From assembly GCA_016699995.1 (NCBI GenBank), contig CP064996.1, positions 330,357 through 394,356 on the forward strand: a stretch of 64,000 nucleotides of DNA, written 5' to 3'. The position numbers and the translations under genes were made by a program. Origin of the DNA: a bacterium. GTDB lineage: Bacteria; Patescibacteriota; Doudnabacteria; UBA920. Below are positions 54,645-64,000 of this stretch, in pieces (the first letter of the stretch is position 1; each line of letters starts with the position of its first letter). Under the pieces are notes generated by a model. That model was given only the letters and a program-made list of their open reading frames with translations. It was not told the origin of the DNA and did not search any database.

Positions 54645-55329
54645 CTAGATCAGAACGGTTTGTTTTTTAATCGTCCTTGTTCCGAAAAGCGAAAGCAGTC
54701 GAAGGAATAGATTGATGATGTTGAGGTACATGCCGACCGCAAAAGTTAGAGCGTTGCGGGTCGTGAATTCCGCTCTTACCGCTTGGTTCATATCGTAAAA
54801 GATATACAGCGAAAAGATGAACACGCCGACCCAGTCCAAGGCCGTGAAAGCGAATTGCACCGGATAGCCGAACGAGGCTAATAGTATTGCGCCGAATTGG
54901 CAGACAATCAAGGCAATAAGCCCTGTAAGCAGAAAACCTCCCCAATGGGCTACCGATTTCGGATAGAGAATTCCTGCAATGCCGATTACTGCCGTGATGG
55001 TGAGTGTAGCGAAGAAGATGGTGGTCACCGAAGGCAGGGGTATACATGGCCAGTACCGGACCAAGCATCGCTCCAAAGCCGGCGCATAAAATGCCGTAGC
55101 CTAGCGAAGCGATGAACGTCGACTCAACGAAACTGATGAACAGTCCGATGAGGGCGACTGCGAACGTGCCCAGGATCAGAGCCAGCTGGGCTCCCAGCTA
55201 TAAGTTATGCTGGAGAAGAACCCGCTGAGGAACAAGCCTCCGCAGATGAACAGAACCATCTGCATTATATATAGTCTTGCCGAGATATTCTCTTGGGCAA
55301 AGCCACGGCTCATGCGATTTTCGAACATT
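54645..55329 (-). pseudogene. Bax-inhibitor-1/YccA family membrane protein gene interrupted by two frameshifts
   Basis: N-terminus MFENRMSRGFAQENISARLYIMQ... in one frame to about 55190. Middle ...LALILGTFAVALIGLFISF...GPVLAMYTPAFG in a second frame. C-terminal 143 aa (tracked ORF) in a third. Confidence 0.55.
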
Positions 55330-55465
55330 CAATATTCCTCCTAAAGAATAGTGTGTTATTAAACAATAACAACATATCATACCGATTAGAAGCGGGTAAA
55401 GTCAAGAGGCTGGTGCTTGCCCTAGGCGGTTTCGGGTGCTAATATATAGTCTGCAGGAGGAATAT

Positions 55466-55816
55466 ATGTCGGAAATACAAGCACAGATTGAGGCCTTAAG
55501 GCAGTTTCATCGGGAGCGCGATTGGAAGCAGTTCCATAACCCCAAAGATTTGGCCATCTCTCTTAGCCTGGAAGCTTCCGAAGTATTGGAGCTTTTCCAA
55601 TGGAAGTCTCCGGAAGAGATTGCAGAATTTGCTGTGACTGGCAAGCAGGAGATACAGGAAGAGCTGGCAGACGTTTTTAACTGGGTGCTGGTGATGTGCG
55701 ATGACCTGGGAATCGACATTATCAAAGCCGCCCAGGACAAGCTCGAAAAGAACAAGCTTAAGTATCCGGTCGATAAGGCCAAGGGCCGTCATACTAAGTA
55801 CAATAAATTGATATGA
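55466..55816 (+). CDS. MazG-like nucleotide pyrophosphohydrolase (YpjD-type, single domain)
   Basis: GCAGGAGGaatatATG start. RERDWKQFHNPKDLAISLSLEASEVLE...EELADVFNWVLVMCDDLGIDI matches the MazG NTP-PPase core. Confidence 0.6.
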   Translation: MSEIQAQIEALRQFHRERDWKQFHNPKDLAISLSLEASEVLELFQWKSPEEIAEFAVTGKQEIQEELADVFNWVLVMCDDLGIDIIKAAQDKLEKNKLKYPVDKAKGRHTKYNKLI

Positions 55817-56034
55817 CTAAACGCGCACGATTATGCGCGTTTTTATTTTTTGCAGTTATAGTTTTAATAAAATCTGGGTTTAGGCTATAATGAAATGGCC
55901 TTGGGTATTAGGGGAGAATAAAGCGAAAGGTCTCATAATTTGAGCGCTTTGTTCGAAGAACCAATATCAATTATAACCGGCTCAACCGGTATTTTTTTTA
56001 TACCAAAAAATAATTAATTGAGAAAGGAACAAGC

Positions 56035-56337
56035 ATGCAATGCCCAAATGACCAGACTACTTTGGCTATGACAGAACGCCAAGGAGTCGAAATCGATTAC
56101 TGTCCAACCTGCCGCGGGGTATGGCTCGATCGCGGAGAGCTGGATAAGCTCATTGCCAGCAGCGAGTCTGCCGGCGCCCCTATGCAGGAACATCGTCCAC
56201 AGCAGCAGCATTCACAGCCGTATCAGGATCGGCCCCGATATGACGACCGGCCAAAGTATGACGATCATTCTTCGTACGGCGGCCATCACAAGAAGAAGAG
56301 GAAAGAATCTTTTCTTGGCGACTTGTTCGATTTTTAG
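56035..56337 (+). CDS. zf-TFIIB-type zinc-ribbon protein with Pro/Gln/Asp-rich tail
   Basis: MQCPNDQTTLAMTERQGVEIDYCPTCRGVWLDRGELDKL matches the PF13453 pattern. Confidence 0.55.
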   Translation: MQCPNDQTTLAMTERQGVEIDYCPTCRGVWLDRGELDKLIASSESAGAPMQEHRPQQQHSQPYQDRPRYDDRPKYDDHSSYGGHHKKKRKESFLGDLFDF

Positions 56338-56339
56338 CA

Positions 56340-56376
56340 AACAAAAACACCAGCAAGTGCTGGTGTTTTTTGCAGC
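56340..56376. terminator. bidirectional terminator
   Basis: aaacaaaaacaccagcaagtgctggtgttttttg. Confidence 0.6.
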
Positions 56377-56505
56377 CCTCATCGGGAAACAGCTCGAACC
56401 ATTCTCGCTAAGATATGGGAAGTTTTTGCCGAGACGCCGGTTCATCAGGCACACAACGATCTCGGCTTGAACCCTTAGTAAAATTGCTAAACATGTGCGG
56501 TATCC

Positions 56506-57105
56506 TTAATACTGCGTTTGTCCTTTAACCCCGTAGAGGTAAATGCTTTTGATCGTTAGGATCGTTTCTAAGACGACACAAAGCGCAATTTCCCCACTTA
56601 CATTCCAACGACTCATGTCTTCGTCGATCTTGCCGTGATGGGCCAGGTTTCCAAAAGCCCCAATATTCTCCATCACTTTTCCTTCTAGCATTATCTCGAG
56701 TCCCTCCAAGATGGGAACATGCTTTGTTGCAATCTTCTTATTTTGACGTAGAAGCAAAATCTTTTTGTTAAAAGTTCCAGCGCCGGACATATTGATATTG
56801 AAATGACCGCCGTAGTCTGAGAGGAAATCTTCTAAGACTTCCCGTGTGATTTTTATGGAACCGCGAGGATCATGCGAGAAATCGACCATCGCCTTAATTA
56901 GCTCCTCGCGTATAGAATCATCCAGAAAAGCGAACGCGTCATCTCCTAAGATTTGGTTTAGATATTCTTGAGCCGAGAATGCGCTCATGAAGGCACTGCG
57001 AAGTTCGTCGATCTTCTCTAAACTCTGGTTTCTCAATGTGGCTTCGATGGAGACGGTCCCGTCTACCTTAAGAACTTCCCCGTATTTACCCCAGGACTTA
57101 AACAT
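56506..57105 (-). CDS. hypothetical protein (199 aa)
   Basis: ORF. No SD-containing longer version is available upstream. Confidence 0.4.
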   Translation of the reverse strand: MFKSWGKYGEVLKVDGTVSIEATLRNQSLEKIDELRSAFMSAFSAQEYLNQILGDDAFAFLDDSIREELIKAMVDFSHDPRGSIKITREVLEDFLSDYGGHFNINMSGAGTFNKKILLLRQNKKIATKHVPILEGLEIMLEGKVMENIGAFGNLAHHGKIDEDMSRWNVSGEIALCVVLETILTIKSIYLYGVKGQTQY

Positions 57106-57488
57106 CTTTAGGGCAGATTTCTCATTTCGATTGATCCCAAAGATCGCACATGACCGGCGTGCCGCTCTTCCGGTTCATATCCTAACGAAAGAAAATGAAA
57201 GAATTTTGCGAAGGGCCCAAATTTGCGAAGGTGCTTAACAAATAGGATGGGTAGATCCTTTTTTGTGAAGAATTAAGTAACTTCTGATCCTCGCCGCTTA
57301 CTACCCTGCAGGGTCCCACCAGTATTTACTATGATGCCCAACTGCTCCGCCATAGATTGGATCTTGATCGCCTGTGGCTTACCCACGTCGAGGTATTTGG
57401 CGAGTCTGTCTATATCTTGAATCCCGTGGGATACAGCTCGGATAACGCCATAATGTTCTCAGCTGAAACATCTTGTAGAACGATGGCT

Positions 57489-58106
57489 CTAGTTGGAACT
57501 GTTTTCATCTTCAAGTCGTTTTAGTGTGTTATTAAGCTTCCGGAACATCTCATAAATTTCCGCTTCGGTATTAGCAGGCGTGATCACTAGGGACACACTT
57601 AAAGGGAATCCGGATACTTGAGATATCTGTGTCGGAGCGGGAGGGGTTTTCGTCGCGGCGGGTTTGATCGCGGGGCGCTTCACCTCAGATGATGCCCGCG
57701 TAGCTCCGACCACTTTAGCGGTGGCATCCTTACTCCCGGTTGCTATCCCGGATTGGGAGCACAGCCAGATAAAAAGGCTCGCGGCTTTGTCGGCGCTTTT
57801 TTTAGCGGTTTCTGGGTATGCATCATCAAGTATGATGGTGTCCGCAATATCCTTACGATTTTTGCCCTCAAAGCTATCTCCATGGAGTTCAAACAGCCGG
57901 GCATAAGCGCTGCGTACAATTCGAGACAATTGATCTTTATATGTTGCATCGGGGCGCAGGGCCGTATAGTTTTCGGTGACTTTGCCTTGATCATCAATTA
58001 AGTTTAGAAACTTGAAAGCCGACAAAATTGAAGAAGCGTCATACTTTGTACTTCCCCATTTAACGAGAGTCGGAGTGTCAATTCTCTTAAGTTGTAGCTG
58101 CCTCAC
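57489..58106 (-). CDS. hypothetical protein (205 aa), paralog of the next gene
   Basis: Shared central region (...RIVRSAYARLFEL... vs ...ELVKSAYAKLLER...). K/A/P-rich C-terminal half. Confidence 0.45.
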   Translation of the reverse strand: MRQLQLKRIDTPTLVKWGSTKYDASSILSAFKFLNLIDDQGKVTENYTALRPDATYKDQLSRIVRSAYARLFELHGDSFEGKNRKDIADTIILDDAYPETAKKSADKAASLFIWLCSQSGIATGSKDATAKVVGATRASSEVKRPAIKPAATKTPPAPTQISQVSGFPLSVSLVITPANTEAEIYEMFRKLNNTLKRLEDENSSN

Positions 58107-58185
58107 GCGATTCAGAGCGTCACCGAATGGCTTAACGCTTGCGTAGGGGGCCTTGCCGAAGCCTGTTTTCGCTCACCATGATTTT

Positions 58186-59061
58186 TTATTCTTTAGTTGT
58201 TAAGTGTTTTTCGACGAACTTATTGATCTCTTCTGAAATCATCTTAAGTTCACCTTGAGCGATGGCAGCAGAGAGTTGATGGCCCGAGTTAGGGATTATC
58301 AATCGCACGCCACCTTTGAATTCAAAATTCAAAGCTCCATGGCTGTCGTGAGAGGGTTCGATCTGCTTTTTGGCTTTCTTAACGGGGATCTTCGTAGCCG
58401 CCTTTGGAACCGAACGTTTTGTTTCTTGGGACTTGCTGATTGTTCCACTGGGTTCTTTGAGCCCTCCTTCTTCTGCAAGCCACAAAAATGCGGGCACTGC
58501 TGTTCGCGCGAGCCGTGGAGTTATTCCATAAGTGACGATGAATTCATTATGTAGTTCATCTGCCGGTAGGGAATAAGCCGTGGGCATTCGCTCGAGAAGC
58601 TTAGCGTACGCAGATTTTACGAGTTCAGCGATTGCTTCTGTGCGAGCATCGCCTTTCAAATGCAGTTTCTTTGCGACCTCCTGAACTTGGTTTTTACTGT
58701 TTAGAAGCCCCAAGAATCTTAATGAGGTAACCGCTACGTAGCCGTCACTTTCACCGTATCCATAGTGCGTGAGTTCTCCCGGTTGGATTTCCTGGAAATT
58801 ACGAGTCGAGATGAGTCCGAAAAGTTGAGCCAGCTTTCCGACGCTTAGATAAGGAGGAGATGTTTTCTGCTTGTTTTCCGATGGTTTTGTATCATTCATA
58901 GTTATTACGTTTAATTGTGCAACAGTGTACTCGTAGTATAAATCCAGGTGGGCAGCATTGTCAAGAGAGCCTGACAGCACAACGATAACAAGGCTTTTGC
59001 TAGCTACGTGCTTGTAAGCGTATCTTAAATAATTTGATCGTGCGAGAGATTCGTTGTACAA
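58186..59061 (-). CDS. hypothetical protein (291 aa), paralog of the 205-aa protein
   Basis: As above. Confidence 0.45.
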   Translation of the reverse strand: MYNESLARSNYLRYAYKHVASKSLVIVVLSGSLDNAAHLDLYYEYTVAQLNVITMNDTKPSENKQKTSPPYLSVGKLAQLFGLISTRNFQEIQPGELTHYGYGESDGYVAVTSLRFLGLLNSKNQVQEVAKKLHLKGDARTEAIAELVKSAYAKLLERMPTAYSLPADELHNEFIVTYGITPRLARTAVPAFLWLAEEGGLKEPSGTISKSQETKRSVPKAATKIPVKKAKKQIEPSHDSHGALNFEFKGGVRLIIPNSGHQLSAAIAQGELKMISEEINKFVEKHLTTKE

Positions 59062-59558
59062 GTTGCGTCGCTGGGACGATAAATTTGTGGAATCTGAGGG
59101 CTCCCACCTCCTCCCTCATAGACTCGGGAATGATCATGCGCGCATCAGGTTAGCGATCTACTCTTTATGTATGTCTAAGCCCGAGGAAAAACTAGACCCA
59201 GAAGCCGAGGAGAATCTGCGTCGTTACGCAGAAGTCGTTTACCGGATTTACCAGCGCATCAAAGATACTCCAGCAGGTGAGGAGTTGCGGCTGAAGTCAC
59301 AGTGGCGAAGAAGATTCAAAAATTAGAACGACAACAAATTACGCGTCGCACAACGAATAGGTGCTAAAAATGCGGAACGCCGACCCCCATTCGTGAATCG
59401 AACGAATTCAACTTTTATCTAAGCGTGGTTCTCCACGGTTTTACTTTTTATGTTCTAATGCGCAGTTTTTGAGGTGCGCCAGTTTTGGTAGTTTTGCGCT
59501 TAATTTTCGGCTTAAATAAAACAGCGCTATGTGGCGCTACTTTTTACTTTTTATTCAC

Positions 59559-59633
59559 TGGTAGCGCCACGGAGAATCGAACTCCGGTTACATGGATGAG
59601 AACCATGTGTCCTAACCACTAGACGATGGCGCC
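59559..59633 (-). tRNA. tRNA-Glu (anticodon CUC), CCA encoded
   Basis: Reverse complement GGCGCCATCGTCTAGTGGTTAGGACACATGGTTCTCATCCATGTAACCGGAGTTCGATTCTCCGTGGCGCTACCA folds as a cloverleaf. Anticodon loop is TTCTCAT. 7-bp acceptor with G1.U72. Confidence 0.8.
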
Positions 59634-59744
59634 GCAATCAATTACAAAGTATTTTATCAGTTTGTGCCGGTTTTGAAAAGGGGCACAGTCAGGCTTATCG
59701 GCAAGCCTAAACTAATTCCCCGGGGTGGATGGTATAATTTAATT

Positions 59745-59906
59745 ATGAAGTACCTGCTGTTAATTTTAGTTCTGGCGACTTTCATTGCCGCTGGATGTGA
59801 TAACCAAAATCAAAGGCGAAGTTCCGACTTCACCGAAGGAATCTTACGAAGCTTTGCCTCGCTAAAATTTCTAACCGACTTATCTAAGACAATAAAAATA
59901 TTTTAA
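59745..59906 (+). CDS. possible small lipoprotein (53 aa)
   Basis: MKYLLLILVLATFIAAGC lipobox-like signal. Weak support. Confidence 0.25.
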   Translation: MKYLLLILVLATFIAAGCDNQNQRRSSDFTEGILRSFASLKFLTDLSKTIKIF

Positions 59907-60119
59907 GTTTTAGTTAACTCTTTAGTTTTTAGCTATTGACATAGCAACTTAATGATGTTAATTTCAAGGCACCTCAAAGAGGGTTCATTGATTTTGGTTT
60001 AGAGAAAGCGTGCCTGATTTAATCAACAAGGGGGCTGTCGGAAGGCGGGCGCTGTGCTCTACGAAATGAGTCGCATCACTTGAGAGGTTTGATCTCTCCG
60101 TTTTCTCTAAATATTAAAA

Positions 60120-60150
60120 ACTACCGTAGATTGTTCCGGTAGTTTTTTAA
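60120..60150. terminator. bidirectional terminator
   Basis: aaaaactaccgtagattgttccggtagtttttt. Confidence 0.6.
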
Positions 60151-60151
60151 T

Positions 60152-60757
60152 TTACAAATTATTTTCGTCTTCCTGTTCCGTTTCTGCGATGGGTTGGGAA
60201 ATTTCCACTTCCGTGATAACCTCTTCCGCAGCTGGGGTATCCGGCAGCTTGATGTTTCTAACCAATTCATCGAAGCTCGGCAAATCGGCGATAGAGGTAA
60301 TGCCTAACTGCTGCAAGAATTCTGTAGTGATCTGGTAAAGTGAGCTGCGGCTATCCTGAGGGTTTGGTATTTTTTCTATTAACCCGCGCATGAGCAATGC
60401 ACGGATGCTGTACTGCGAATTCACGCCGCGGATAGATTCAATCTCTGCTTTAGAAATCGGCTGGCGGTAGGCGATAATGGCTAATACTTCTACAGTCGCG
60501 TCTGTTAAAGATTCACGAAGGTCGCTGTTTAGAAAACCGCGGACTAAATCGCTATTGTCGCTATTGGTTGCTAGCTGATATTCATTGCCGGTATCTAACA
60601 ATACAACCCCGGAATTAGCTCTTAATTGAGCCAATTCTTGCAAGGATTGAGCAATAGCTTCCGGTTCTGCGCCGGTAAACTTAGCAATGGCTTTTACAGT
60701 TAAAGGTTTGTTGGATACAAACAATAAGCTTTCGATTTGGGATGTTAAACTATTCAT
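60152..60757 (-). CDS. scpB: segregation and condensation protein B
   Basis: Two winged-helix repeats; N-terminal ...IESLLFVS..PLTVKAIAK... Confidence 0.8.
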   Translation of the reverse strand: MNSLTSQIESLLFVSNKPLTVKAIAKFTGAEPEAIAQSLQELAQLRANSGVVLLDTGNEYQLATNSDNSDLVRGFLNSDLRESLTDATVEVLAIIAYRQPISKAEIESIRGVNSQYSIRALLMRGLIEKIPNPQDSRSSLYQITTEFLQQLGITSIADLPSFDELVRNIKLPDTPAAEEVITEVEISQPIAETEQEDENNL

Positions 60758-60777
60758 CTTTATTATTTTACCATTAT

Positions 60778-61612
60778 TTATTTGTTATCGTCCTCATAAT
60801 CACTGGCATCCCAGCCTTCGCTGTCGTCGTCTTCGTCGTCATTGTCATCCTCTTCTGCTTCTTCGGCGTCTGCTTCTTCTTCGTCTGGGACTTCCTCTAT
60901 AACCGCTACCGATGGAGTGTATTTGGTAATGGTTACATCTGTAAATAGTTCATCCTGGTTTACGCTAAAGATGCGCTGTTTAATAAGCTCGAGTAAGGCA
61001 AGGAAAGTAATAATCACTTCGTCTTTGTTTTTGATTCCGCCAGCAGCTGACTCAGTTTGGTTTCGATATTGCCGCCAACCTGTTTTGCAGATGGGAAATT
61101 TTTCCTGAATGGAAATTGCTTCGCGGATTTTGGCTTTTGGGAGGTTGTCCAATTCCTTGCTGCTGCAAGACATTCAAAATGGAATCGTGCAAAGTGTGCG
61201 CAGTAACTTCCGGGTCCGGCCAGAAATTGATGCGTTCAGAAAATACCAGCGAACGAGTGTAGCTCTGCTGCTTGTTATTATTCAGCTGCTTAAGATGCTT
61301 GGCTACTTCCTTGAACTGTTTGTACAATATCAGCTTGGCAGTTAAATCTTCTTCCGGTTCCAGCTCGTCATCTGTTTCAACTTCCAAAGAAGGCAAAATC
61401 GCCTTTGATTTAATCACCAACAGACGCGCTGCAATATTCAAGTAATCAGCTAAGCTGGTGGCATCAATCTGTTCCAGCTGCTTTACGTAGCTTAAAAACT
61501 GCTCTGTGACTTCGGCCAGAGCAATTTGGGTAATGTCGAGCTTTTGTTCTTCTATTAATGACAGTAAGAGATCGAGAGGCCCTTCAAATTGTTGAACTTT
61601 TATTTGGGTCAA
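60778..61612 (-). CDS. scpA: segregation and condensation protein A, reading frame broken once (two overlapping ORFs 61052-61612 and 60778-61173)
   Basis: N-terminus MTQIKVQQFEGPLDLLLSLIEEQKLDITQIALAEVTEQFL (186-aa ORF) and C-terminus ...EVIITFLALLELIKQRIFSVNQDELFTDVTI (131-aa ORF). They lie in different frames overlapping near 61100-61170. Confidence 0.7.
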
Positions 61613-61619
61613 CTAACTT

Positions 61620-63388
61620 TTATTTCTTAGGCAAATCTAATTTTATGTGAAGATCTTTGAGCTGCTTTTCGTCTACGCCGCTTGGCGCGTTCATTAGCAA
61701 GTCGATAGCAGAGCCATTCTTAGGGAAGGCCATTACTTCGCGAATGTTTGGTTCATCTTCCAAGATCATGAACAAACGGTCTAAGCCAAAGGCGCAGCCG
61801 CCGTGCGGAGGAGCTCGAATTTAAAGGCATTGATCATCGCGCCGAATTTAGCGTCGACATCTTCTTTAGAAATGCCAACAATGCCAAAAGCTTTGTACAT
61901 GACTTCCGGATTAAAGTTGCGGATAGCGCCGCTGCAGATTTCATAGCCATTAGCCACCATGTCGTATTGGTCGGCCTTAATATCGAGCGAATCGCTGTTT
62001 TCGAAAGCAGTTAAGCCGCCTACAGGCATAGAGAATGGATTATGCGAGAAGTCTACGCGCTTTTCTTTTTCGTCGTATTCATACAGAGGAAAGTCCACAA
62101 TCCAGGCTAAAGCAACTTTGTTCGGATCCTTGAGCTCAAACCAGTCGCCCAATGTAGAGCGCAAGTTTCCCAGCACTTTGTTTACAATTTTGCGTTCGTC
62201 AGCGCCAAAGAAAATAATGTCGCCGGTCTTAGCGCCGGTTTTGTCTATAATTGTTTTTAGTTCGTCTTCGGACAGGAACTTGATGATCGGGGATTTAGGT
62301 CCGTCCTCGGCCATTTGAATGTACGCTAATCCGCCAGCACCGTCGCGCTTGGCACGTTCGGTGAGGTCGTCAATCTGGCTGCGGGTCAGCTTGGCGCCGC
62401 CAGAACCCACGATAGCTTTAACTACCCCATGGTTTTTTAGAGCGCCGGCAAAGACAGCGAATTCGGTATCTTTGAGGTCAAAGCTTAAGTCCGTCATTTC
62501 CATACCGAAACGCAGGTCAGGCTTGTCGCTGCCGTATTTTTCCATAGCGTCGTTATAAGCGATGCGCGGCACATCTTCTGCAACTAATTGCTTACCGGCA
62601 AAGTCGCGCACCAGAGATACGATCAGCGGTTCCATGGTCTGCAGAACGTCTTCACCCTTTTCTACAAAAGACATTTCTACGTCTAATTGATAGAACTCGC
62701 CCGGATGGCGATCTGCGCGCGGGTCTTCATCCCTAAAACAAGGAGCGATTTGAAAATAGCGCGGCAAGCCTCCTACCATTAAGAGCTGCTTGAATTGCTG
62801 CGGAGCCTGAGGCAATGCATAAAATTGGCCTGGATGCAGGCGAGAGGGTACTAAGTAGTCGCGGGCGCCTTCTGGGCTGCTCGAAGTTAAAATTGGCGTA
62901 GTGACTTCGGTAAAATCATTTGCATGCATGTACTCGCGGATCTTTACATTAAACTGATCGCGGCGCTTAAGGCGGTCCTGCATTTTTGGCCTGCGCAAAT
63001 CCAAGAAGCGGTACTTTAGGCGAATTTCTTCGTTTACTTCTTCGGTGCCGTGAGAAACAGGAAATGGTAATACTTCGCTCTTGTTAAGTATTTCGATGTT
63101 AGTAACTTCGATCTCGATGCTGCCTGTTGGGATGTTGTTATTTACCAAAGCAGCTCTGCGCTTTAACACTTTTCCAGTGGCGCGGATGACGAACTCATCG
63201 CGGATGGTTTCGGCGATTTTAAAAGCGTCGACTTGTTCGGGATGAATAGTTAACTGAACTAATCCGGTGTGATCCCGGAGGTCTATAAAAATCAGACCGC
63301 CGTGGTCTCGGCTGTTGTTGACCCAGCCGGCTAAAGTGATTTCTTGTCCGACAAAATCTAAAGATTGAGAAGCTAAAGTTCTTTGCAT
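61620..63388 (-). CDS. aspS: aspartyl-tRNA synthetase, with a single-base frameshift near the C-terminus
   Basis: OB anticodon-binding N-domain and class II motifs. The tracked ORF ends ...[14 protein letters not shown]. Shifting by one base at about 61812 (TTCG-AGCTCC, one G missing) restores ...[38 protein letters not shown]...LPKK* ending at 61620. Confidence 0.8.
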
Positions 63389-63469
63389 ATGGGTTAATTA
63401 TATCTAAATTTAGGCATTATTCCAAGCTTGCTGGCTAAATTTAAAGTAAGGTTCTATGAAAAATTAGAA

Positions 63470-63504
63470 TGAAAAAAGAGGTTAACGCGATTGTTAACCT
63501 CTTC
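63470..63504 (-). terminator. rho-independent terminator on the minus strand
   Basis: gaggttaacaatcgcgttaacctc perfect hairpin followed by TTTTTTC on the minus strand. Confidence 0.55.
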
Positions 63505-64000
63505 ACTAGAATGTCGCAAATTGCGACGGTATTATTGCATGGCGGAGCTTATCCGCCATAGTCCTCCATAGGGACGCTGATATTCCCGCAGTGGGCCGTG
63601 TTCGCATCAAGTAATTGAAGTCATTTCGATTGGGATATTTCTACCCCGCACAATATGTTTCTCAGACTCGACGAGAACACGAGCGCTTCGCGGAATAGCT
63701 TTGAGTTTTGGCTCAAAGCGGTCAGACTGTTTACTCTTTGACTAGAGTATAGTTCGAACCATCGTGGGTTCTTACATTATTGTTCAACAACCTGAGTTGT
63801 CTTTAAGTTTCTATTTGTTTCCGGTAACACCTGGGTGCTACCTTGTTTCTTAGGCCCTTCGCTTGATCTTGTCAGAGATCCATCTGTTCGTTTCCGAACT
63901 GACTTCTTGGGCTGACTTTTTAGGGTCAAAACTTTACAATAAAATGTCTGATTGTGTACTCAAATCGTTTTTCGGTTGTCGGTTTTGATAACTTGCGCTA

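Noticed and set aside
59930-60110. Possible SRP or 6S-like small RNA in the gap before scpB (GGAAGG-containing GC-rich segment).
   Set aside because: The GGAA is not closed by a pairing stem as in SRP helix 8. No convincing conserved motifs.
63390-63800. T-box riboswitch leader upstream of aspS.
   Set aside because: No AAUUAGGGUGGUACCGCG-like T-box sequence or recognisable specifier-loop arrangement. The terminator alone is insufficient.
1-64000. CRISPR arrays, IS elements or transposases, integrases, rRNA genes.
   Set aside because: No regularly spaced direct repeats, no DDE or serine/tyrosine recombinase-like ORFs and no rRNA-like conserved stretches were seen anywhere in the window.

Overview
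This 64 kb window is bacterial chromosome from a moderately AT-rich genome, possibly from an uncultured lineage. It mixes conserved housekeeping genes with several accessory or islet-like regions.

Housekeeping genes recognised from sequence:
- a Na+/Ca2+ exchanger-like transporter, an HslJ/META protein, hflK-hflC and inorganic pyrophosphatase at the left end;
- rplJ-rplL, a stand-alone HD-domain (p)ppGpp hydrolase and lexA in the middle;
- a WbaP-like sugar transferase, two NAD-dependent epimerases (one galE-like) and a TrhO/YceA rhodanese;
- metK behind a clear SAM-I riboswitch, an LD-carboxypeptidase, a MazG-like NTPase, a tRNA-Glu(CUC), scpB, scpA and aspS.

Accessory regions:
1. A three-gene minus-strand operon (8.5-13.3 kb) whose last gene encodes a GHKL/MORC-like ATPase, with two large unknown partners.
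2. An odd 7 kb low-coding-density region (14.2-21.3 kb). It is built from repeated modules of promoter motif, small Cys-rich ORF, long structured 3' region and terminator. It includes a tandemly duplicated ~235-nt element with compensatory base changes in predicted hairpins. It ends at a tmRNA-like mini-gene of only 154 nt that has canonical tRNA-Ala-like ends.
3. A 1329-aa DUF11-repeat surface protein with near-identical tandem repeats and a sortase/exosortase-like C-terminal sorting signal.
4. A clearly AT-richer horizontally acquired islet (41.6-49.2 kb) carrying a GIY-YIG protein, an SF2 helicase, two DNA methyltransferases (one N6/N4 class, one C5 class) and a DUF3883 nuclease-like protein. 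This looks like a Type IIS-like restriction-modification system plus extras.
5. A ParD antitoxin with a truncated RelE/ParE remnant, a NERD-domain protein and two tandem cytoplasmic trypsin-like proteases.

Several conserved genes carry single-base frameshifts: aspS, scpA, a BI-1 family gene (twice) and possibly a propeller-domain gene. Assembly indel errors are the most likely cause.

No CRISPR array, rRNA or transposase was found.
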